From: OCS116 cluster bacterium AG-430-B22
GTDB taxonomy: Bacteria; Pseudomonadota; Alphaproteobacteria; MED-G09
NCBI GenBank assembly: GCA_003209955.1
Contig: QCOD01000001.1
Location: 33,330-97,329, forward strand
Length of the DNA stretch: 64,000 nt
Direction: 5' to 3'
In this document: positions 57,604 through 64,000 of the stretch, in pieces
Position numbering within the stretch: position 1 is the stretch's first letter
Layout: each line of letters starts with the position of its first letter
The notes under the pieces: generated by a model
What the model was told of the DNA's origin: nothing
The model's input: the letters and a program-made list of their open reading frames with translations, nothing else
Database searches by the model: none
Translations under genes and position numbers: made by a program

Positions 57604-58674
57604 ATGCCAGTTAGTACTGAAAAAAATTTTGATAAAAAATTTAATCTCTTTAAAGACTGGTTAACGCAACAAGATAATTTTAAAGATAAAGGTCATTTAA
57701 TTACAGCAAATGAAAGTTCTATAGCCTCAGGGTTTTCAAATGAAACTTTTATTTTTAGCCTAAATGAAAATGATGAAATTAAAAATTATGTTTTACGATT
57801 GAAACCTACTAATTATCAAGTTTTTCCAGAATATAACCTAAAATTACAAGTTGATATTATGAAGTGTTTGTTTGAAAGAGGTTTTCCTACGCCAAATATT
57901 ATATTATATGAATCAAACGATGATATTTTAGGTTCGGAGTTTTATCTAATGGATTTTATTAATGGTGAAGCTCCAACTGATAATCCACCATACCACATGG
58001 ATCCAGAGGGAATGGTTGGTAGAGCTAATAAAGAAGATAGAAGAAAAATCTGGACAGAATGGATACATTATTTGAATCGAATTCATACATTGGATATCAA
58101 TGATTTAAAATTAAAAGAGCTAGATAAAAAGTATAGAAACAAAAACCCACTTGATATTGATATTGATTATTATCAAAATTTTTTAGATTGGGGAATGGAT
58201 GGAGAAGATAATCCTTTATGCAATAATGTTTTAAGATGGTTGAGAGAAAATAAACCAAAAAAAAATAATCCTTTAAGACTATGTTGGGGGGACTCTCGTC
58301 CAGGCAATATTTTATATGATAATTTCAAGGCTTCTGCTTTATTGGATTGGGAAATGGCAACATACGGAGATCCAATTTCAGATATAGCATGGGGTTTAGC
58401 AGTGGATGATGCTAGCAGTATAGGCTTAACGGTAGATAGGTTGGAAGGTTCAATGGATTATGACGAAGCTTTAGCACTTTGGTCAGAGCATACTGGATTT
58501 TCTATAGAAAATTATAATTACTATAGAATATTTTCTTTGTTAAAGTTTTCAGTAATAATGGTACGCGTTGCAAAGAAGCTTGTATTTAATAATATAATGC
58601 CATTAGAAAGCGATTTTTATAAAAATAATTATATTTCAAATTTTCTAAAATCTGAATTTGACGCAAATAATTAA
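57604..58674 (+). CDS. phosphotransferase enzyme family protein (APH/choline-kinase-like small-molecule kinase)
   Basis: Brenner-like catalytic loop CWGDSRPGNILYD (H/G-D-x-x-x-x-N) and downstream LDWEMATYGDP (D-x-E Mg-binding motif). Confidence 0.65.
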   Translation: MPVSTEKNFDKKFNLFKDWLTQQDNFKDKGHLITANESSIASGFSNETFIFSLNENDEIKNYVLRLKPTNYQVFPEYNLKLQVDIMKCLFERGFPTPNIILYESNDDILGSEFYLMDFINGEAPTDNPPYHMDPEGMVGRANKEDRRKIWTEWIHYLNRIHTLDINDLKLKELDKKYRNKNPLDIDIDYYQNFLDWGMDGEDNPLCNNVLRWLRENKPKKNNPLRLCWGDSRPGNILYDNFKASALLDWEMATYGDPISDIAWGLAVDDASSIGLTVDRLEGSMDYDEALALWSEHTGFSIENYNYYRIFSLLKFSVIMVRVAKKLVFNNIMPLESDFYKNNYISNFLKSEFDANN

Positions 58675-58691
58675 TAAATAAGAGGTTAAAA

Positions 58692-59087
58692 ATGGAAAAC
58701 TTTATTTACCCAGGTCTTTTAAGTAGCGTTGCTTTATTGGTTTATTATTTTACACTTTTACAAGCAGGATTAGCGAGAGTGAAATATGGTATTAAAGCTC
58801 CTTCACATGATGGACCTGAAGAATATGTAAGAAAAGTTAGGGTTCATCATAATACTATTGAGCATTTAGTATTGTTTTTACCTGGTTTATGGCTATTTTC
58901 ATTTGCAGTTGATCCTATTTGGGCATTTATTATTGGCATTGTATGGCCAATAGGACGAATAAAGTACGCATTAGATTATTATAAAGATGCTGAAAAAAGA
59001 GGTCCTGGTTTATATTTCAGTATGCCACCAATATATATTTATGTTCTTGGATCATTAATTGGTTTTATTATAAAAATTGTTTCGTAA
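58692..59087 (+). CDS. MAPEG-family membrane protein (microsomal GST-like)
   Basis: 131 aa, 4 TM; RKVRVHHNTIEHLVLFLP matches the MAPEG R-x-x-x-N-x-x-E motif. Confidence 0.55.
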   Translation: MENFIYPGLLSSVALLVYYFTLLQAGLARVKYGIKAPSHDGPEEYVRKVRVHHNTIEHLVLFLPGLWLFSFAVDPIWAFIIGIVWPIGRIKYALDYYKDAEKRGPGLYFSMPPIYIYVLGSLIGFIIKIVS

Positions 59088-59099
59088 AAGAGTTTTTGA

Positions 59100-61097
59100 A
59101 TGACTAACTGGGGTATTCTAGGAACTGGTAACATAGCTAAAACTTTCGCATCAGCTATTAAAGAGACCGACAGATCAACTTTATTAGCGGTTGGAAGTCG
59201 ATCAAAAGATTCTGCTGATTTATTTGCCTCAACTTATAACTGTATTGGTTTTGATGATTATCAAAAGCTTTTAGATGATAAAGATATTAATTCTATATAT
59301 ATCTCTACTCCTCATGCATCACATTTTGAATTCTCTTATAAGGCATTGATGAATGGTAAATCTGTTCTTTGCGAAAAGCCTCTTACAATGAATTCTTCAG
59401 AGGCAATGCTATTATTTAACCTTGCCAAGAAAAAGCAGCTACTTCTAGTTGAAGCTTTTATGTATCGGATGCATCCTCAAACCGATAAAATTAGAGAATT
59501 AGTTCAAGAAAACTTCGAAGGTAAAAAAATTGAAATAAAAGCAAGCTTTGGGTTTCAAGCTAATGTCAATGAAGACCACCGATTACTTAATCCGAAACTT
59601 GGGGGTGGATCTATTTTAGATATCGGTTGCTACCCTTTATCTATGGCAAGAATGATAGTTGGGTTCATAAACGGTAAAGAATTTATGGATCCAGAAGAAT
59701 ATGAAGTTCAATCTGAGATAAATAAACATGGAATTGATTTATCATCTGAAGCGAAATTAACTTTTTCAGATGGATCATTAGCTTATCTATCCTCATCAAT
59801 AAAAGAAAATTTAGATAATTCTGTTGAGGTTACAGATGGGAAAAGAACTCTTTTAGTTAGAGATCCTTGGCATTGTGGTGAATATAAGAAGGATAATAAT
59901 TCTCTAATTATTAAAGAAGGTAATAAAAAAATTTCTGAAATAAATATAGATGCCATGGGTAAAGTTTATATAAATGAGATCAATCATTTTGATGAATGTC
60001 TAAAAAATAATATTGAAAGCATAAAAATATCTCATAAAGACTCATATGGTAACGCTGTATGTCTAGATGAATGGAGAAGACTTGCAGGTGTAAGATATGA
60101 TTTTGATGAGCCTGAGAATAACTCATCATCCTTTAATAAATCCTTATTTAATAATAAAGAAAATTTAATTCCCAAAATAAAAATTGAAGGTTTAAATAGT
60201 AAAGTTTCGAAGTTAGTTTTCGGATGTGATAATCAGATAGATACAAATCATGCTTTTTCAATGTTTGATCACTTTTACTCGATTGGAGGCAATGTATTTG
60301 ATACTGCATTTATTTATAATGATGGAAAAAGTGATGAGCATCTTGGTAGATGGATAAATTCTAGAAAACTAGAAAATGATGTTATTGTTCTAGGTAAAGG
60401 CGCTCACACGCCTCACTGTTATCCTGAAATAATTCGTGATCAACTTCTTAAGAGTTTATCTCGATTGAAAATAGACTACATAGATATTTATTGCTTACAT
60501 AGAGATAATCAAGATGTTCCAGTTAAAGAGTTTATTGATGTCTTAAATGAGCTAAAGGATGAGGGGTTAATAAAAATATTTGGAGCATCTAATTGGTCTT
60601 TAAAGAGGTTTCAAGAGGCTATTGATTATGCTGATAACAGTAATAAAACTCCGTTTGAAGCATTGAGCAATAATTTTAGTTTAGCTCATATGATAAAGCC
60701 GGTCTGGCCAGGGTGTGAAAGTTCTTCAGATAAAGATTTTAGGAAATTTTTGAAGAAAAAAAATATTCCTTTATTTCCTTGGTCAAGTCAAGCTAGAGGT
60801 TTTTTTCTAAAAGATACTTTAGAAAAAGAATCTTATCATCCTGCAGACCCAAACTTAGATGAACAAAAAAGAGTATGGCATAGTAAAGAAAATTTAATAA
60901 AAAGAGATAGATGTTTTGCAATGGCTAAGGATAAAGGATTTGAACCAATAGAGATTGCTCTAGCTTATGTTTTAAATCAAGATTTTCCAGTGTTTCCTCT
61001 AATTGGGCCTAGAAATTTTATAGAAACTGAAAGCTCTGCTAATTCGTTAAAAGTTCAACTGACCAAAGAGGAAATGCAATGGTTAGATTTAAATTAA
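59100..61097 (+). CDS. two-domain oxidoreductase: N-terminal Gfo/Idh/MocA family + C-terminal aldo/keto reductase
   Basis: N-terminus WGILGTGNIAKTFASAI...EKP (Gfo/Idh/MocA Rossmann and EKP motif). C-terminal half DTAFIYNDGKSDEHLGRW (AKR D-x-x-x-x-Y catalytic motif), LHRDN and further AKR-like segments; single 665-aa ORF with no internal stop. Confidence 0.65.
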   Translation: MTNWGILGTGNIAKTFASAIKETDRSTLLAVGSRSKDSADLFASTYNCIGFDDYQKLLDDKDINSIYISTPHASHFEFSYKALMNGKSVLCEKPLTMNSSEAMLLFNLAKKKQLLLVEAFMYRMHPQTDKIRELVQENFEGKKIEIKASFGFQANVNEDHRLLNPKLGGGSILDIGCYPLSMARMIVGFINGKEFMDPEEYEVQSEINKHGIDLSSEAKLTFSDGSLAYLSSSIKENLDNSVEVTDGKRTLLVRDPWHCGEYKKDNNSLIIKEGNKKISEINIDAMGKVYINEINHFDECLKNNIESIKISHKDSYGNAVCLDEWRRLAGVRYDFDEPENNSSSFNKSLFNNKENLIPKIKIEGLNSKVSKLVFGCDNQIDTNHAFSMFDHFYSIGGNVFDTAFIYNDGKSDEHLGRWINSRKLENDVIVLGKGAHTPHCYPEIIRDQLLKSLSRLKIDYIDIYCLHRDNQDVPVKEFIDVLNELKDEGLIKIFGASNWSLKRFQEAIDYADNSNKTPFEALSNNFSLAHMIKPVWPGCESSSDKDFRKFLKKKNIPLFPWSSQARGFFLKDTLEKESYHPADPNLDEQKRVWHSKENLIKRDRCFAMAKDKGFEPIEIALAYVLNQDFPVFPLIGPRNFIETESSANSLKVQLTKEEMQWLDLN

Positions 61098-61104
61098 TTT
61101 AGAC

Positions 61105-61989
61105 TTAAGTTAAATTATAAATACCTTCTAAATCTCTTCCTTGCACAGTAACTTCTTGATTGTTTTCCATTCTTTTTAAATGAGCGAGGGTCGACATTGC
61201 TGCGGCGGGATGAAGAGATTTATCAACATCTTTATAAATCATCTTTACTATTTCTGAGATCCTATTATTTCCTTTTTTTATAGCATCAATAATCTGTTTT
61301 TCACGGTTTAGTCTATGAGATATATATTCTGAGACTAACTTTTTAGGCTCATCAATAATTGGACCGTGAGTTGGAAAAAATTTCTCTTCTCTTCGAGAAA
61401 GCAATTTTTCTAAAGAAACAATATAATCTTCCATATCGCCATCAGGGGGAACAATAACCGTAGTAGACCAGCCCATTACATGATCGCCAGAGAATAGAAT
61501 ATTTTCATCTAATAAGGCATAACAAATATGGTTTGATGTGTGACCAGGGGTATGTATAGCTTCAATTGACCATTCATTAGTCTTTATTTTATCACCATCT
61601 TTTAATTCTATATCACCTTCAATATTTCTATCATAACCCTCCTCGAAATCATCTTGAGCAAGCTCAACATTACTTAAATTTTTATAATATATCTTTGCTC
61701 CAGTTTCAGATTTTAATTTTTTCGCAAGAGGTGAGTGATCATTATGGTTGTGAGTTAATAGTATATGAGTAATTTCTTGTCCTGATGTCGCCTTCATTAA
61801 TGCATTATAATGATCATTATCAATAGGCCCTGGATCTATTACAGCTATATTTTTATTGCCTATGATATATGTACCTGTGCCAGTGAAAGTGAAACCACCT
61901 GGATTGTTAGCAATCACTCTCCTTACAAGTGGCGTTAATTGATCACAAACTCCATATTCAATTGATTTTATAAATTTTTCTAATTGCAT
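61105..61989 (-). CDS. metallo-beta-lactamase-fold hydrolase (glyoxalase II-like)
   Basis: ILLTHNHNDHSP (HxHxDH); later His (HTPGHT) and Asp ligands (FSGDH). Confidence 0.75.
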   Translation of the reverse strand: MQLEKFIKSIEYGVCDQLTPLVRRVIANNPGGFTFTGTGTYIIGNKNIAVIDPGPIDNDHYNALMKATSGQEITHILLTHNHNDHSPLAKKLKSETGAKIYYKNLSNVELAQDDFEEGYDRNIEGDIELKDGDKIKTNEWSIEAIHTPGHTSNHICYALLDENILFSGDHVMGWSTTVIVPPDGDMEDYIVSLEKLLSRREEKFFPTHGPIIDEPKKLVSEYISHRLNREKQIIDAIKKGNNRISEIVKMIYKDVDKSLHPAAAMSTLAHLKRMENNQEVTVQGRDLEGIYNLT

Positions 61990-62073
61990 TAGTTTAATGA
62001 ATATTTCCCAAAAAAAACAAAAACTGATAATAATCTTATAAGAATAACTTAAAGTAATAAATTAATAAATATT

Positions 62074-63450
62074 ATGAAATATATTTCTACAAGAGGAAAG
62101 GCCCCTGAGTTAGGTTTTGAAGATGTTCTTTTATCCGGACTTGCAAATGATGGTGGTCTTTATATTCCAAAAGAATGGCCAAAGTTAGACTACAAAGAGC
62201 TACCTACAACATCATATTCTGAACAGGCAGCATATGTTATTTATCCTTTTGTTAAAGACTTTTTAAGTTATGAAGAGTTAAACGATATTGCTAGTCAGGC
62301 TTATAGTCATTTTCCTTCGAAAGAGGCAATAGGGTTGAAAGAAGTTGAAAAAGGAAACTATTTATTAGAGCTTTTTCATGGACCAACCCTTGCTTTTAAA
62401 GATTTTGCCATGCTTTTATTAGCTCAATTTTTTGAAACTTCTTTAAGTAAGAAAAATAAATCAATAACCATTTTAGGCGCTACTTCAGGAGATACTGGTA
62501 GTGCCGCGATTGAAGCTTTTAAAAATAATAATCATTGCACTGTTTTCATATTATTTCCAAAAGGAAGAGTATCTGAAATACAAAGAAAACAAATGACAAC
62601 TGTTGATAGCACAAGCATTTATCCAATTGAAATTGACGGAACTTTTGATGATTGTCAAAATCTTGTGAAACATCTATTCCAAAATCTTGAATTCAAAGAA
62701 GAGGTGAGTCTTGGTGCAATTAATTCAATCAATTGGGCGCGCGTAGCAGCTCAAATTGTTTACTATTTTTCAACATTTCAGCAATTACAATCAAATAGAG
62801 TTTCTTTTTCAGTACCAACAGGAAATTTTGGAGATGTTTTAGCCGGATGGGTTGCAAAAAAAATGGGATTACCTATTGATAAATTAATTGTTGCAACAAA
62901 TGATAATGATATTTTAGATCGAGCGATATCTAATGGTGACTACTTTCAAGAAGAAGTAAAGGCTACCACATCTCCAAGTATGGATATTCAAATTTCAAGT
63001 AATTTTGAGAGGTTATTGTTTGAATCTTTAGATAGGGACCCAGAAAAATTAAGAAATCTATTTAAAGAATTAAAGAAAAATAATGGTTTTAGAATAGGTG
63101 CTGACACTCTTACCTATATTAGAAATGATTTTAAATCAGGTAAGGCAAGTGAAGAAAAAGTAAAAGATACGATTTCACGGATTCATAAAGCTTCTAATAT
63201 AATTCTTGATCCACATACAGCAGTAGGATTTTATGCATCTGCAAGTGAATTAAATTTTGATGTACCGATGGTTAATTTAGGAACAGCACATCCTGCTAAA
63301 TTTTCTAAAGCAGTTATTGATGCAATCGGTCTTGAGCCAGAAATTCCTGATAGACTAAAAAATATAATTAATAAAAAAGAGAAGTTTACTCAATTAGAGA
63401 ATAATTCAGAAGTTTTAATAAGTTTTATAAGAAAGCACTCAAATGTTTAA
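62074..63450 (+). CDS. thrC: threonine synthase
   Basis: Canonical start MKYISTRG; PLP-lysine context LELFHGPTLAFKDFA; 458 aa. Confidence 0.85.
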   Translation: MKYISTRGKAPELGFEDVLLSGLANDGGLYIPKEWPKLDYKELPTTSYSEQAAYVIYPFVKDFLSYEELNDIASQAYSHFPSKEAIGLKEVEKGNYLLELFHGPTLAFKDFAMLLLAQFFETSLSKKNKSITILGATSGDTGSAAIEAFKNNNHCTVFILFPKGRVSEIQRKQMTTVDSTSIYPIEIDGTFDDCQNLVKHLFQNLEFKEEVSLGAINSINWARVAAQIVYYFSTFQQLQSNRVSFSVPTGNFGDVLAGWVAKKMGLPIDKLIVATNDNDILDRAISNGDYFQEEVKATTSPSMDIQISSNFERLLFESLDRDPEKLRNLFKELKKNNGFRIGADTLTYIRNDFKSGKASEEKVKDTISRIHKASNIILDPHTAVGFYASASELNFDVPMVNLGTAHPAKFSKAVIDAIGLEPEIPDRLKNIINKKEKFTQLENNSEVLISFIRKHSNV

Positions 63451-64000
63451 ACATATAAATCCCATATTTTTCTTATTTTTATTTTGTTTCTTAAGCATAC
63501 CTTTGTTGTCTCAAGTTATTACAATCGATTCGCATATTGATATTCCTTTTGATTATATGGAAAACCCCCAACATGACCCTGGTAAAATTACTGATATGCA
63601 GGTTGATCTAGCTAAAATGAAAAAGGGTGGTTTAGATTCTGGTTTTTTTGTTGTTTATGTTCCCCAAGGACCATTGGACAAAGCAGGCTTTAAAAAAGCA
63701 AAGCTTCTTGCTGAAAAAAAATTTTTAGCAATTTCAAAAATGACTAAAACATATTCTAATCAAATTGGACTTGCCTTGGCGCCAGAAGATATTATTCAAT
63801 TAAAAAATAATAACCTTTTATCAGCAGCAATTGGAATAGAAAATGGATATGTAATTGGCGAGGATTTATCATTATTAGACCATTATTATTCTCTTGGAGC
63901 TCGATATATGACATTAACTCATATAGGTCATAATCAGATAGCAGACAGCTCAATACCAAGTAAAAGATTAAATGATGAGGAAGAACTACATGGTGGAATT
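63443..64000 (+). CDS. membrane dipeptidase (peptidase M19, renal-dipeptidase-like), 3' partial
   Basis: ATG at 63443 overlaps the thrC stop; signal peptide; ITIDSHIDIP (M19 H-x-D metal motif); open to the window end (186 codons, no stop). Absent from the ORF track because it has no stop. Confidence 0.65.
   Translation, partial: MFKHINPIFFLFLFCFLSIPLLSQVITIDSHIDIPFDYMENPQHDPGKITDMQVDLAKMKKGGLDSGFFVVYVPQGPLDKAGFKKAKLLAEKKFLAISKMTKTYSNQIGLALAPEDIIQLKNNNLLSAAIGIENGYVIGEDLSLLDHYYSLGARYMTLTHIGHNQIADSSIPSKRLNDEEELHGGI

Noticed and set aside
1-64000. Looked for mobile-element hallmarks (integrase, transposase, IS inverted repeats, tRNA-adjacent island boundary, phage genes) and for toxin-antitoxin or known defence cassettes
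   Set aside because: None found. Every ORF of 150 aa or more is accounted for by metabolic, transport or housekeeping families or unknown membrane proteins. There are no tRNA genes and no long inverted or direct flanking repeats.

Overview
This is an AT-rich, very gene-dense window (GC roughly 30% by eye), consistent with a streamlined marine proteobacterium. The two TonB-dependent receptors and the lipid/xenobiotic-catabolism gene content fit a SAR86-like gammaproteobacterium better than SAR11, but that is inference from composition and content, not something a search here confirmed. I call about 66 protein-coding genes and no rRNA, tRNA, CRISPR, integrase or transposase. Gene content is dominated by oxidative catabolism and detoxification: four paralogous Rieske non-heme-iron oxygenase alpha subunits, an epoxide hydrolase, a DhlA-like haloalkane dehalogenase, four glutathione S-transferases plus a MAPEG protein, four metallo-beta-lactamase-fold hydrolases, seven SDRs, a GMC oxidoreductase, a PhyH-family dioxygenase and a CoA-transferase. 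Recognisable housekeeping anchors are threonine synthase (thrC), ferrochelatase (hemH) and an M19 dipeptidase. Observations that stand out: (1) a TonB-dependent receptor carrying five in-frame tandem 18-nt repeat blocks encoding (E-H-H-D-E-D)n, preceded by a small secreted His-rich protein (candidate metal-scavenging system); (2) a TPR + protein-arginine-methyltransferase-like fusion; (3) alpha-only Rieske oxygenases with translationally coupled NTF2-like small proteins and no visible electron-transfer partners; (4) tandem paralogous small 3-TM proteins behind a 321-bp AT-rich leader; (5) a DhlA-like dehalogenase operon; (6) an orphan C5-cytosine methyltransferase; (7) a Gfo/Idh/MocA-aldo/keto-reductase fusion. 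Three bidirectional rho-independent terminators sit between convergent genes. All functional calls rest on remembered family motifs read from the translated ORFs; no database search was possible.
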